Source: a virus. From it: a stretch of DNA of 64,000 nt. Positions 7,564 through 18,043 of this stretch are shown here, in pieces. The translations under genes and the position numbers were made by a program. The stretch lies in IMG/VR virus record IMGVR_UViG_3300045988_063953. One strand, written 5' to 3'. The notes under the pieces are model-generated. The model was not told the DNA's origin. It saw only the letters and a program-made list of their open reading frames with translations, and made no database searches. Each line of letters begins with the position of its first letter. The first letter of the stretch is position 1.

Positions 7564-9879
7564 ATGATAATTAGTAAAACTATGGACGTTGAGATATTTC
7601 CTAATCTATTTAGTGTAACTTTTATAGATTTAGCTGATTATCTTAATGTTTTTAAGGATTGTGTCAATGATAAAGGAAAACCTATTGCTTTGACTGAAGT
7701 TCTTAGTGTTGAAGAAATTAAGCGTAGACTTGATACTGTTAAGTCTGATGTATTTTATATTTCTGATACTGATGATGAGCAATTACTTGAATTAGTTGCT
7801 TATATTAATAGAATGGAAGCTCATTATATCACTAAAACAAGTGATGAAGGTGAAATTTATCAGATTCCAGTTAGAACTGATTTATTTGGTTTTAATAATC
7901 AAGGTTATGATGACCTAATGATTGCTGGTTTTATGATGCAATTTAATCGTCATGATACTACTAAACAGCTTATTAAGTGGTTGTATGAACTTAGTAAGAA
8001 GATTATTAGTATGCAAGATGATAAAGACGCTTTTTATGCTGATAAGACTATAGAACTTATTAGAAAGTATCGTTTACCTTATGCAACTGTTGATTTGCAA
8101 AGAGTTTATGGATTGAACTCAGCAGGTGTTGTAGTTGATAAAGATACAGGAGAACGTGTTAAGTATGGTAAAAGTCTTAAACAGACTTCTATCAATCTTA
8201 AATGGCATGAACTTCTTGATTTCAAACTACCTCCTATAGATGATGAAGAATATCATATTTATTGGAGTAAACAAGAGCATTATAAAGGTATTGAACTTCG
8301 TAAACTCAATATACTGATTTCTAATGATTTTGATAGATATGTTCTACCAAAGTATGTAAAGTCTATGCTTTATTATAATAAGAATGATGTATTTGTTTGT
8401 TGCGAAATGGTTCGTCAAGTACCTAATGAGGTAAAACTTCGTTATAGTATTACAAATGCTTTTAATGTAAACGTTCTATGTAGTTCTCGTGCTAACATTG
8501 CAGATAAACTTGTAGTTTATTTTTATAGTAAGATGTCAGGTCTTCATAAAGATAAATTTATAAAAGGTCGTACTGAACGTACTCGATTAAGTTTTAATAA
8601 GATTATCTTTCCTCATATTCAGTTTAAGACTAAACAGCTTCAAGATATGCTGACTGAAATGAAGAAGATTAGTATTTATCGTACTAATAAAGATAGTTTT
8701 AATAAGACTATTGAGTTTTATGGTACTACTTATAATCTTGCAACTGGTGGCATTCATAGTCAAGATCCTCCTCGAATACTTAGGTCTAAAGAAGGTGCTT
8801 ATACTTATGTACATTGGGATTATACTTCATATTACCCAAGTATTATGATTAGTTATGGAATTTATCCTAAACATCTTAATGCTAAAGTATTTAACCAATT
8901 AGTGTCTTTTCTTAAAGACACACGTGTTAAGTGCAAACATGCTAAACCTGATGACCCTTGTGTTATTGAAGGAGTGCCTAACAAAACAGCTGCAGAAGCT
9001 CTCAAGATTGTTATCAATTCTATTTACGGTAAATTGGGTAGCGAATTGTTCTTTCTATATGATAGATTTGCACAAATGCAAGTTACTATTAATGGTCAAC
9101 TTATGACTATGACACTTGTAGAAGCACTTGAACTTGAAGGTATTCACGTTGTTAGTGCTAATACAGATGGTATTGTTATTAAACTTCCTGTTGATAAAGA
9201 AGAAGTTTTTAAGCGTATTACTGATGAGTGGAATAGTGTTAACAAGATGGGTGCTGATGGTGAGCGTTATAAACATATTGTATCTCGTGACGTAAATAAC
9301 TATTATGATACTCAAATTGATGGTACAGTAGAGTTCAAAGGTGCATTTGACCCTAAACAATATCTTAAAGAACTTAAGAAGGGTTATGATATGCCTGTTG
9401 TTGCTCTTGCAGTATTTAATTATTTTGAGTATAACAAACCTGTCATGGAAACTCTTAAAGAACATCAAGATATACTTGATTTTTGTAAGACTCAAAATGT
9501 TGGTAAACAATTTGCAGTTGTTTATGACAAGGTTGTTGACGGTAAGATTACTTCAATTAAGAGTCAACGTCATGTTCGTTTTTATGTTGCTACTTATGGT
9601 GTAGTCATACAGAAAGAACATCATTTAACTGGACAAAGAAGTAGACTTGCTTCTGGTCTTCCTGTTAAGATTCTTAATTCTCTCGATGACGTTCCTATTG
9701 AGGAACGTAGAATAAATTATAAATATTATTACGATGAAGCATATAAGATTATTTCTCCTATTAAGCTTGGTATAAGTCCTACTACAAAGGCTAATCCTAT
9801 TAAAGGAACTAAGAGTGGAAAAGCTCTTCTAAAGCAATATGGAACAGATTTTCTTACATTGTTTGATGAAACAGATTAA
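7564..9879 (+). CDS. family B DNA polymerase
   Basis: Exo I DVEIF, Exo II FNNQGYDD, Exo III YYNKNDVFV. Pol motif A DYTSYYPSIM, motif B KIVINSIYGKLG, motif C SANTDGIVI. Confidence 0.9.
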   Translation: MIISKTMDVEIFPNLFSVTFIDLADYLNVFKDCVNDKGKPIALTEVLSVEEIKRRLDTVKSDVFYISDTDDEQLLELVAYINRMEAHYITKTSDEGEIYQIPVRTDLFGFNNQGYDDLMIAGFMMQFNRHDTTKQLIKWLYELSKKIISMQDDKDAFYADKTIELIRKYRLPYATVDLQRVYGLNSAGVVVDKDTGERVKYGKSLKQTSINLKWHELLDFKLPPIDDEEYHIYWSKQEHYKGIELRKLNILISNDFDRYVLPKYVKSMLYYNKNDVFVCCEMVRQVPNEVKLRYSITNAFNVNVLCSSRANIADKLVVYFYSKMSGLHKDKFIKGRTERTRLSFNKIIFPHIQFKTKQLQDMLTEMKKISIYRTNKDSFNKTIEFYGTTYNLATGGIHSQDPPRILRSKEGAYTYVHWDYTSYYPSIMISYGIYPKHLNAKVFNQLVSFLKDTRVKCKHAKPDDPCVIEGVPNKTAAEALKIVINSIYGKLGSELFFLYDRFAQMQVTINGQLMTMTLVEALELEGIHVVSANTDGIVIKLPVDKEEVFKRITDEWNSVNKMGADGERYKHIVSRDVNNYYDTQIDGTVEFKGAFDPKQYLKELKKGYDMPVVALAVFNYFEYNKPVMETLKEHQDILDFCKTQNVGKQFAVVYDKVVDGKITSIKSQRHVRFYVATYGVVIQKEHHLTGQRSRLASGLPVKILNSLDDVPIEERRINYKYYYDEAYKIISPIKLGISPTTKANPIKGTKSGKALLKQYGTDFLTLFDETD

Positions 9880-9888
9880 ATACATATT

Positions 9889-11313
9889 ATGGAAGAACTC
9901 GGACAACTGTTTGAGATTGCTATTCAAGAATGGCGTGTTAAGAAAGGTGTAGGAACTGCTTTTGTTCCTCCTAAACTTAATAGTAAAGTTCTTGTTTTAG
10001 GCATTCTTCAACGAGTTTATAGTAGGTCGCCTACTTGTAGAACTCTAATTGTTGTTGAAACGTTTAATGATAGAATTGATTTAGTAGAGTTTCTAACTCA
10101 TCAAGAAAATGATGAAGAAAACAATGCTGAATTTAAGAAGTTACTTGATAGTAAACATATTAAAGTCTTAACTGCTGATTTTCTTAACAAAGCACTATTT
10201 GTAGAGAAACCTATGTTTTGTGTTCTTTATAAACTTAGTGAACTTGGCGGAAATATTAAAAGTAGTTTTCTTAGTAGTAAGTTTAGACTTGCTGTTATTA
10301 ATAGTCTTATGTCTACTTCTGAAGATACTGCTTTTCTTTATAAAGAAGCTCCTGTTCTTGATTGTTTCACAGATGAACAGATGCAAGCAGTTCGTGTTAG
10401 CACCCCCGTAAAGGGAATGTGTGTTGCACTTACTATTCCTGAAGATAGTGAAGATTATAAACTTCTTAAATATTACGATGAGTATGTTACTACAAGTCTT
10501 AATATATTTGGTACATTTGATTGTATTAAAGAGGCTTGTTATGGTAACTCAGCTTTGAATATCTCTGCTGCTCAAGTATGTAATAGAATTGCGTCTGATA
10601 ATGGTTGGAATGAATTACTTGATATGTCTATTGAATATAATAGGCAAATTGATGAATTATATAATCCTATCAGTATTAGAGAACGTGCTTCTATGACATA
10701 TGAAGTTATACGTAATAGACAAAATCTTGTCGCATCTAATAATGTTAAACTTGATGCAATACTTGAATATGTTAATGAACATAGTGATGAGAAAATTCTT
10801 ATAATTAGTAGACATAGTAGTTTTGCTAAAAAGATTACTGATTATTTGAATACAATGTCTGAAGATGTTATTTGTGGTGATTACCATAATAATGTCGAAT
10901 CAGTTCCTGCTGTTGATGTAGATGGAAATCCTATTTATATTAAGAGCGGAAAGCATAAAGGTGAAAGAAAAATGATGGCTGCTACTGCTCAAAAACGACT
11001 TAATGTTGAATTGTTTGAACGTGGTACTATTAGAGTTCTTTCTACTAATAATGCTCCTGATAAAGAACTTGATGTAAAAATAGACAGGATTTTAATTTCC
11101 TCTCCATTGTGTTCTGATATAAAGTCTTATCTGTATAGGCTTGACAAACTTTTGCTGCCACAGACGTTAAATGTGGCTTATCTATATATAAAAGGTACGC
11201 AAGAGGAAAAGGTAATACGAGATAGAGATTTAAGTATTAGTAGTGATAATATTAAAAATAGTGAAACAGATGATGTAGATAATAATTTTTCTGATTTTGT
11301 TATTGCAGATTAA
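9889..11313 (+). CDS. SF2 helicase-like protein (putative)
   Basis: RTLIVVETFNDR and a helicase-C-like ILIISRHSSFAKKI ... RVLSTNNAPDKELDV ... ILISSP. No clean Walker A seen. Confidence 0.45.
   Translation: MEELGQLFEIAIQEWRVKKGVGTAFVPPKLNSKVLVLGILQRVYSRSPTCRTLIVVETFNDRIDLVEFLTHQENDEENNAEFKKLLDSKHIKVLTADFLNKALFVEKPMFCVLYKLSELGGNIKSSFLSSKFRLAVINSLMSTSEDTAFLYKEAPVLDCFTDEQMQAVRVSTPVKGMCVALTIPEDSEDYKLLKYYDEYVTTSLNIFGTFDCIKEACYGNSALNISAAQVCNRIASDNGWNELLDMSIEYNRQIDELYNPISIRERASMTYEVIRNRQNLVASNNVKLDAILEYVNEHSDEKILIISRHSSFAKKITDYLNTMSEDVICGDYHNNVESVPAVDVDGNPIYIKSGKHKGERKMMAATAQKRLNVELFERGTIRVLSTNNAPDKELDVKIDRILISSPLCSDIKSYLYRLDKLLLPQTLNVAYLYIKGTQEEKVIRDRDLSISSDNIKNSETDDVDNNFSDFVIAD
10401..10420 (+). 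repeat. GC-rich motif copy B (CAC variant)
   Basis: cacccccgtaaagggaatgt. Inside the SF2 helicase-like CDS, read as TPVK. Confidence 0.75.
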
Positions 11314-11323
11314 GATATTATTC

Positions 11324-11331
11324 TTATATTT
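11324..11331 (+). promoter_or_regulatory. Bacteroidota-type -7 promoter box TATATTTG
   Basis: Ends 37 nt upstream of the ATG at 11369. Confidence 0.55.
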
Positions 11332-11368
11332 GCATTGTAATTAAACAAAAAGGTTGCTCTTTGAATAT

Positions 11369-12283
11369 ATGGAGAATATTGAAACAAATCAAGATGCTAA
11401 TAGTCATTCATTGACTAAAAGACATACTGATGTTAATGTTGGTTTTACTGCTCTTAATCTTCTTAAAGAAGAAAACTTAGCACAAGCTGAGATATTCCTA
11501 AAGAAGTTCATGGGAAGTGATAAAGGTGGTATTAAGAGTGTTGCTGATGGTCTTGCCATTCTTGCTCGTGCTCAAGATATGCAACTACCTTTTACAACGT
11601 GTATTGAACATATTCACGTTATTAATGGTAAAACTGGTGTTGATATTCATATAGTTAAAGCTCTATTGTCGAGGGCAGGAGTAGTTTGGAAATGTACTAA
11701 AGATTATACTCCTCAGTATCAATATACTGACGGCAATACTGTTTATCTTGAAACACAACTTCCAGATTATTGTGTTAAATGTCGAACTGCAAAAGAAGCA
11801 CTTGATGTAACAAAAGGTGATAGTGTAGGTGTTTATCCTGTTAAATGGTATACTGACCTTAAAGGTAATACTTATAACGAATTTCAAGTTTCTAATAAGT
11901 GTGAGATAGCTGTCAATAAAGCTCATGCACTTAAACTTGCAAATGAAGGTAAATTTCCTATTATTAGGATTCCTGCACAACCTATTGATTATGTGACTGA
12001 ATATGAGTTTACAAGATATAGGCAAATTAATGGCAAAGAAGTTGTAACAACTGCTACAAGTCATTTTTCTTATAGTGAAGCACAAAGTGCTGATTTCTTT
12101 AAGAAAGATACTTATGTCAAATATGCTCGTATTCTTATTGGACATCGCGCTTTTACCTATGGAGCAAGAGATATTGCATCTGATGTTCTAATGGGTGTTA
12201 TGGAAAGTGGAGAACTTAAAATCACAATGGGACATGACCTTGACCCAAGTGATTATATTGAAGTAGAAGAAGTTATTAGTTAA
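11369..12283 (+). CDS. hypothetical protein (possible single-strand annealing/RecT-like protein; weak)
   Basis: I prefer the ATG at 11369 to the TTG at 11354 used by the track. A TATATTTG box lies at 11324-11331. The function guess rests only on a GLAILARAQDMQLPF...INGKTGV pattern. Confidence 0.6.
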   Translation: MENIETNQDANSHSLTKRHTDVNVGFTALNLLKEENLAQAEIFLKKFMGSDKGGIKSVADGLAILARAQDMQLPFTTCIEHIHVINGKTGVDIHIVKALLSRAGVVWKCTKDYTPQYQYTDGNTVYLETQLPDYCVKCRTAKEALDVTKGDSVGVYPVKWYTDLKGNTYNEFQVSNKCEIAVNKAHALKLANEGKFPIIRIPAQPIDYVTEYEFTRYRQINGKEVVTTATSHFSYSEAQSADFFKKDTYVKYARILIGHRAFTYGARDIASDVLMGVMESGELKITMGHDLDPSDYIEVEEVIS

Positions 12284-12364
12284 CTTCTTAGAGGTCAACT
12301 TATTATTAAACATAGTGTTATACTATATTATAAACTAATTATTAAACAATTAAATTTTACAATT

Positions 12365-13162
12365 ATGAAATTAGGTAACAAAGTATCTTTCGGAGTTCAG
12401 GCAGTAGTAGCAGGTCAGAAGAGTGCAACAGTTAATGCTGCACCTCAGCTTTTAGTTAATACTACAGAAGGTAAGTTTACTATTACCAGTCCTGTATCTA
12501 AGGCTCTTGGTATTGCAGTTGGTGAGAACGTTATGTTCTTGAATAACATTGCAGGTGTTGAGAATGCTATTGCACAGCGTGTTGAGGGTGTTGTTGAGTT
12601 TGCTACTGAGAAGGGTCTTGACCTTGATACTCGTGAGGGTCAAGAGGAAGTACTCAAGGCATTCACAGAGTGGTACATTGCTAAGGGTGAAGCTACTTAC
12701 GATGCTAAGGGTAATCCTATTCTTGCTGCTCAGCGTTTTACTGAGGCTGAGAAGAAGGAGTTTATTGCTAAGAATGCAGATGCTATTCTTGCTGCTAATC
12801 GTGATGCTCTTCTTGAGCGTGTAGGTAATCCTGATGCAACTGATGAGGAGCTTATCGCAGCAATTACTGTTGATGATGTTGAATCACCTAAGTATCACGT
12901 ATATAGTGGTTCTAAGACTTCAACTACTTCTAAGGCTACTGGTGTTGGTTGTCAGCTTGGTTTCACAGACACTGCTATTTGGAAGTCACTTAAGGCTGAC
13001 TTAGGTGATGAAGATACATCTGTTAATCGTGTATTCTCTGTTGACCTTGATGGTGGTCAGGTTGTACCTTACTTCAATGGTCAGAAGAATGTTGATGTAA
13101 CTATTTATCCTATCACTTTCGTAGAGGACGCTGCTCCTGTTCGTCGTGGTGAAAAGGCATAA
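12365..13162 (+). CDS. hypothetical protein, probably highly expressed
   Basis: 265-aa ORF. Codon usage is visibly richer in G/C-ending codons than in its neighbours. A terminator hairpin follows directly. Confidence 0.75.
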   Translation: MKLGNKVSFGVQAVVAGQKSATVNAAPQLLVNTTEGKFTITSPVSKALGIAVGENVMFLNNIAGVENAIAQRVEGVVEFATEKGLDLDTREGQEEVLKAFTEWYIAKGEATYDAKGNPILAAQRFTEAEKKEFIAKNADAILAANRDALLERVGNPDATDEELIAAITVDDVESPKYHVYSGSKTSTTSKATGVGCQLGFTDTAIWKSLKADLGDEDTSVNRVFSVDLDGGQVVPYFNGQKNVDVTIYPITFVEDAAPVRRGEKA

Positions 13163-13201
13163 GTAGACCTAACTCTCGAAAGTTATAAGGATTTAGATAG
13201 T

Positions 13202-13235
13202 GGGGGATAACTTAAACCAAGTTATTCCCCATTTA
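13202..13235 (+). terminator. intrinsic terminator after the 12365..13162 CDS
   Basis: ggggataactt / aagttattcccc, one bulge, followed by atttattgttt. Confidence 0.6.
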
Positions 13236-13276
13236 TTGTTTAATCTATTAAAATTATTATTTTTAGTAAAACTGTT

Positions 13277-14212
13277 ATGACAGAAAAAGTTAATGAAACT
13301 GTAGCTGCTGGTGCACAGGCTGCTACTCCTAAGAAAAAGCGTAGAGGTGTAAGTAATGAAACTCATGCTGTTGCCTCTCTTAAGTTTACAGAAAAAGATG
13401 CTGCTCAGAATGGTCTTTTCATTGGTCATCTTGCTGAAGTTCGTATTGATTGGTCTGTAAATAATGAAGGTGGTAATTTCACTGGTCTTAAAGTTCCACG
13501 TATTACTCTTCATTTTGCAAGTAACCATACCAATGCTGCTGAACAGCGTCATTATTATCATTCTATCTTCCCTGTTCCATCTAATGTAGATACTATTGTT
13601 GGTGGTAAGGAAGAGTGGAAAGTTAATAATGTTCTTGCTTGGATTAAGCACCTCCTTGATATTCTTTATCTTAAGGGTCGTGAGCTTACTCCTGCAGAAG
13701 AGGACGCTTTGGCTATTCCATTTGAGGATTCTGATGAAGATGGCAATTATATTGCTATTGACCCAGAGGAAGTTCTTGCAGGTTATGCTGCAATCTTCAA
13801 AGCAGCTGTTTCTATGTTGAATGGTGAGTTTAGTCTTGCTGAAGGTGAAACTGCAAAGCCTTGTTATAAGACTGCTGATGGTAAGCCAGTAAGTCTTTGG
13901 ATGAAGCTTTTACGTCATAACAAACGTAAGGGTGAATGGCAGAATGTTGGACCTAATGGTGACCTTGCTTTTGATAATTTCATTGGTGCAGGTGTAATTG
14001 AGATTCAGAAAGGTAATACACCTCCTGCTATTCTTCGTGTTGATTTTAGCAGAGAATCAATTACTCCAAAGGAAGTTAACAAAAGACCTTCGGTAGGTGT
14101 TCCTGCTATGGGTGGTGTTATGGCTGGTGCTGGTATGCAACCTATGGGTGATGCTACTGGTATGCCTGCTAATGGCGCTTATACTGAAGCAGGTAGTGAT
14201 ATGCCTTTTTAA
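13277..14212 (+). CDS. ssb: single-stranded DNA-binding protein-like
   Basis: Gly/Met/Ala-rich C-terminal linker ending in the acidic tip GSDMPF, like the bacterial SSB D-D-D-I-P-F tail. Sits in the replication module and is followed by a strong terminator. Confidence 0.55.
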   Translation: MTEKVNETVAAGAQAATPKKKRRGVSNETHAVASLKFTEKDAAQNGLFIGHLAEVRIDWSVNNEGGNFTGLKVPRITLHFASNHTNAAEQRHYYHSIFPVPSNVDTIVGGKEEWKVNNVLAWIKHLLDILYLKGRELTPAEEDALAIPFEDSDEDGNYIAIDPEEVLAGYAAIFKAAVSMLNGEFSLAEGETAKPCYKTADGKPVSLWMKLLRHNKRKGEWQNVGPNGDLAFDNFIGAGVIEIQKGNTPPAILRVDFSRESITPKEVNKRPSVGVPAMGGVMAGAGMQPMGDATGMPANGAYTEAGSDMPF

Positions 14213-14284
14213 CAAAGTACCATAAAGAGTAGTAATCGCTAACTTCCTCTTTATGCTATTTAGTGGGTTTTTGTTATAATTGTA

Positions 14285-14312
14285 GGGGTGTCTGTACAGA
14301 TACCCCTTTTTT
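14285..14312 (+). terminator. strong intrinsic terminator after the ssb-like gene
   Basis: ggggtgtctg / cagatacccc followed by TTTTTT. It ends 10 nt before the primase-like ATG. Confidence 0.8.
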
Positions 14313-14321
14313 ATCTATTGT

Positions 14322-15551
14322 ATGAAAAGAACACCTAACACAATTAGTCTTACAAAGGAATATATAGAAAGTAAAGTTTCACAAGAACTTATTATTTCTA
14401 AATATTTAGATATTCCTATTGAAGTAATACAAGAGTGTATTACTAAAAATACTCTTATTAAATCTGTATTTCGTGATGATGATGTTACAGGTAGTATGGG
14501 TATTCAATATAATGTGAAAGGTAGGTTAAAAGTTCGAGATTTTGGTGGTTTTGGCTTTTTTGAAGATGTTTATGGAGTAGTAGCTTATGTATTAAGTATT
14601 GCTTATGAACGTAAAATAGAAACTTCAAGGAAAGAAGATTTTTATTTTGTTCTTAAACATATTGCTTATACTTTTAGTGATATTATTGATGGTAAGGTTG
14701 TAGACCCTAACGTTGATGCTCTTATTGCTCACGCTCTGCATAAAGCTAAAACTAAGAAAGCAATTATCGAAGTAGTTCCTCGTAGTTGGACTAATAAAGA
14801 TAAAAATCTTTGGGCTAAATGGGGTGTATCTTTAGGTTATCTTAATACTCATTTTGTTATACCTGTTGAACAATATTATATCAATAGAGGAGTTGACACC
14901 AAACCAAAATATTATCATAAAGATAAAGACCCTTGTTATGCTTATATGCTTGGTCAAAATAGACAAGGTATTTATCTTATTAAACTTTATTTTCCTTTAA
15001 GAGATAGACATCATAATACTACTAAGTTTGTTACTAATTGTAATGTTCTTGAAGGTTTATATAACCTTGAACTTGATAATTATGATTATATTATTATTAC
15101 TAAAAGTAGTAAAGATAGACTTAGTATAGGTAGTCATTTATCTGCTCATCCCTTTTACGGGGGAGTGAGTGGCAAACTCAATATTGGAGTTATTAATCTA
15201 CCAAGTGAAAATTATAAACTTAAACAAAATGAATATGATTGGATAAAAAGAAAACTTAAAAATGATGGTATTATATTTAGTCTTTTAGATTTTGATGAAA
15301 CAGGTCGTCAAGGTGCTAAATATCTATATGATACTTATAACATTCCTTATATGTTTATAACTCGTGGAGAACTTGGACTTCCTGATTATGAATGTAAGGA
15401 TTTTGCTGAACTTTGTGAAAGATATACAGATAATGAAATTAATAATTTTATAAATGAAACTTTAACTTATGTCGAACTTAGATATAAAAGAGGGGATATG
15501 GGTAGTGCTGCCAGTATTGGCACAATGTATGACGATATGCTCCCGTATTGA
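14322..15551 (+). CDS. Toprim-like domain protein, putative DNA primase
   Basis: IIITKSSKDRLS ... LLDFDETGRQGAKYL resembles a Toprim DxD segment, but the conserved Glu is not obvious. Sits in the replication module. Confidence 0.45.
   Translation: MKRTPNTISLTKEYIESKVSQELIISKYLDIPIEVIQECITKNTLIKSVFRDDDVTGSMGIQYNVKGRLKVRDFGGFGFFEDVYGVVAYVLSIAYERKIETSRKEDFYFVLKHIAYTFSDIIDGKVVDPNVDALIAHALHKAKTKKAIIEVVPRSWTNKDKNLWAKWGVSLGYLNTHFVIPVEQYYINRGVDTKPKYYHKDKDPCYAYMLGQNRQGIYLIKLYFPLRDRHHNTTKFVTNCNVLEGLYNLELDNYDYIIITKSSKDRLSIGSHLSAHPFYGGVSGKLNIGVINLPSENYKLKQNEYDWIKRKLKNDGIIFSLLDFDETGRQGAKYLYDTYNIPYMFITRGELGLPDYECKDFAELCERYTDNEINNFINETLTYVELRYKRGDMGSAASIGTMYDDMLPY
15146..15165 (-). repeat. GC-rich motif copy C
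   Basis: tcatcccttttacgggggag. Inside the primase-like CDS, read as FYGG. Confidence 0.85.
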
Positions 15552-15936
15552 TAGAACAACTCGTTTTTCAGTTAATATCACTCATATTACTCCTAAAGAA
15601 GAAGATGAGCTTGATAAAGGAAAAACTATAACTATTAAAAGAGATAATATCTTTTATACTATAGACCCTAAGTCTATATTTTGTTATGGTGAAATTGATT
15701 TTCATACAAGTAGTGATGATTATTGGACTATTGAAGATTTTGATTGGCTTAAGCACGTAGATGATAGTGTTGCTATTCCATCAAGATTAAATTACGATGA
15801 AAGTACTGCTTATTGTCGAAAACGTAGCAATACTTATACTTGGTTTGATACTTTTAGTTCTGCTTCTATTGCTCAATATCTTCATTGTCGAATAGGTAAA
15901 CCTAAAAGAACTCTTATATTCTTAAAGAAATGGTAG
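15529..15936 (+). CDS. hypothetical protein
   Basis: I chose an internal Met of the 15469 track ORF to minimise overlap with the upstream gene. Confidence 0.45.
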   Translation: MTICSRIDRTTRFSVNITHITPKEEDELDKGKTITIKRDNIFYTIDPKSIFCYGEIDFHTSSDDYWTIEDFDWLKHVDDSVAIPSRLNYDESTAYCRKRSNTYTWFDTFSSASIAQYLHCRIGKPKRTLIFLKKW

Positions 15937-16445
15937 ATATTAGTATTCTTGAGCCTTATCTTCTGAATTTTGAAGATAAGGCTTTTAATATGGTTAGAAA
16001 ACGATGTGAAGACTATGGTGCTGATGATGCTTTCGAACATCATCTTGTATTTATGGATTGTACTCGTTGGTCTAAAGATGGTAAATTTAGACTTATGCAA
16101 ACTATTGGTTTTCCTTATTGTAAAGAGATTACTGAAATAGTTTGGTTAGTTAATCATATGTTGTATGAAGAAGATAGAGATAATGCTCTTGAAAGAGTTA
16201 TTGAACAACATAAAAAGAATATTGCTTATGAAGTAGAACATCCTCCTATTTGGTATACTACTAAGAAATATACTAAAAAGGATTATCAAAAGATTGCAGA
16301 TGGTAATTCTCCTAAACCTAAAAGACGTAGAAAAACTAAAGAAGCTACTATTGATGGTTTTGGTAGAGAAACTGTTGCTCAACGTAGAATTAAAGAAAAG
16401 GTTGCAAAACTTAGTAAACTGCAATTCAAAATTAAACCTTTATGA
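15930..16445 (+). CDS. hypothetical protein with basic C-terminus
   Basis: 171-aa ORF containing SPKPKRRRKTKE. Overlaps both neighbours by a few nt. Confidence 0.6.
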   Translation: MVDISILEPYLLNFEDKAFNMVRKRCEDYGADDAFEHHLVFMDCTRWSKDGKFRLMQTIGFPYCKEITEIVWLVNHMLYEEDRDNALERVIEQHKKNIAYEVEHPPIWYTTKKYTKKDYQKIADGNSPKPKRRRKTKEATIDGFGRETVAQRRIKEKVAKLSKLQFKIKPL

Positions 16446-17647
16446 ATATAGAACTTTATAAACGTAATGCTAACGACAACATCTCTGTTTGGATAATTGA
16501 CAAAGGTGTCGATAACAAAGGTGTTATTGCATATGGTATTTTAGGTAAAAAACTTCATCATGAGAATCTTCTTACTAATAGAGATATAGATGCTGAAATA
16601 GCTTCTCGTGTTGCTGCTAAACGCAAAGAGGGTTATAAATCTATAGAAGATGTTTATGATAATTCTCCTATTGATACCACAAAACTTACTTTAGGTGAAA
16701 AGATACATTATCTTACAACTTATCTTCCAAAGTTTAATACAACATCTGATGGTTTTATTCTTCCTATGTTAGCTAAAACACTTGAAGATAATAAGCCTTT
16801 TGATAAGTATGGTTGTATGCTTGGACAATATAAGATTAACGGTCTTCGATGTATTGTAGGTGCTGAGCGTAATGATGGTGATATGTTTAATCCTATTAAA
16901 CTCACTTATACCTCTCGCGAAGGTACTCGTTGGAATCTCAGTCATCTTGATGAAACTATTCTTCCTATTATATCTGGTGATTTACTTGATATGATGATTG
17001 AAGAAGGAGTTTGTCTTGATGGTGAATTATATCTTCCGGGTGCTTCTGTTAATCAAATTAATTCTTATGTTAAGAATGCTGCTTTTCCTGAGCATTATCT
17101 TCTTCAATATTGGTGTTATGATCTGTGTATAGATGTTATGCACACACAAACAAGATATAATATTCTTGAAAATCAACTTGACCCAACATTCTTTAATAGT
17201 AAAGAAGAACATCTTAACAATAAGAAAAGATTTATTCTTTTACCTAATACTACTATTACAGATATTAGTAAAGCAATAGATGTTAGAGATACTTTTATAA
17301 ACTTAGGTTTTGAAGGTCTTATTACTCGTGTTCCTGAGTCTGAATATGCTTTTGGTAAAAGAACTGTCAAAGCAATGTATAAGTTTAAGAAAAAAGAAGA
17401 TGGTCTATTTACTATTAGAGATATTGTTCCAGAAGGTAAACGTACTAATCTTCCAAAGTTTGTTTGTCAAAATGATTTGAATGATGAATACTTTGAGTGT
17501 ACAATTAATCAACCTCAGAGTGTTCAAGAAACTTATCTTATCAATAAAGATAAATATATTGGTAAGAAACTTCTCGTAGAATTTAGAGAAAGGTCTGGTA
17601 TTAAAGAAGTACCTTTCCATGCTAAGGGGATTAAAATTGTTGATTAA
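16442..17647 (+). CDS. ATP-dependent DNA ligase
   Basis: Motif I KINGLR (KxDGxR-like), motif III LDGELY, motif IV FEGLITRV, motif V MYKFKK. Confidence 0.8.
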   Translation: MNIELYKRNANDNISVWIIDKGVDNKGVIAYGILGKKLHHENLLTNRDIDAEIASRVAAKRKEGYKSIEDVYDNSPIDTTKLTLGEKIHYLTTYLPKFNTTSDGFILPMLAKTLEDNKPFDKYGCMLGQYKINGLRCIVGAERNDGDMFNPIKLTYTSREGTRWNLSHLDETILPIISGDLLDMMIEEGVCLDGELYLPGASVNQINSYVKNAAFPEHYLLQYWCYDLCIDVMHTQTRYNILENQLDPTFFNSKEEHLNNKKRFILLPNTTITDISKAIDVRDTFINLGFEGLITRVPESEYAFGKRTVKAMYKFKKKEDGLFTIRDIVPEGKRTNLPKFVCQNDLNDEYFECTINQPQSVQETYLINKDKYIGKKLLVEFRERSGIKEVPFHAKGIKIVD

Positions 17648-17650
17648 AAT

Positions 17651-18007
17651 ATGAATTTAATAGCTTATGATGAAATAGTTGATAAAGTAGACAAAACCAA
17701 GACGTGGTTAGATGGCAAAACAGGTAATATATTTAGTAGAGAATTAGCTTTTAGAAAGTATCATACTTTTATTAAAAGATATAATCCTCAAACTAATAGT
17801 ACAACTATTTATATTGCAATGCTTGATAATAAAGCTGATACTAAAGTTGCTTATATTACTCGTAAAGATACCTATAATCGGATTTGTCTAAAGACTAAAC
17901 TGATTCTTAAAGAATTTAGTTTAAATAACGTCGATAAAGAAGTTAATATACGTCTTAATCATATAGAACATTCTGATGATGGTGATGTGTATGAAGTGTG
18001 TATTTAG
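17651..18007 (+). CDS. hypothetical protein
   Basis: 118-aa ORF. Motif copy D starts 16 nt after its TAG. Confidence 0.6.
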   Translation: MNLIAYDEIVDKVDKTKTWLDGKTGNIFSRELAFRKYHTFIKRYNPQTNSTTIYIAMLDNKADTKVAYITRKDTYNRICLKTKLILKEFSLNNVDKEVNIRLNHIEHSDDGDVYEVCI

Positions 18008-18022
18008 GGAGTGTTCCGATAC

Positions 18023-18042
18023 CTCCCCCGTAAAAGATATGT
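18023..18042 (+). repeat. GC-rich motif copy D
   Basis: ctcccccgtaaaagatatgt. Intergenic, 16 nt after a stop codon. Confidence 0.85.
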
Positions 18043-18043
18043 A

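Noticed and set aside
7564-9879. Introns or inteins in the DNA polymerase gene, which are known in some crAss-like phages.
   Set aside because: The ORF is continuous. The Exo I-III and Pol A-C motifs appear in normal order and spacing, with no inserted block.
13202-13230. tgggggataac looked like another motif copy because of its G5 run.
   Set aside because: The flanks do not match the motif (no TTTAC, no ACATTTC). It is the 5' arm of a terminator hairpin that pairs with ttattcccca.
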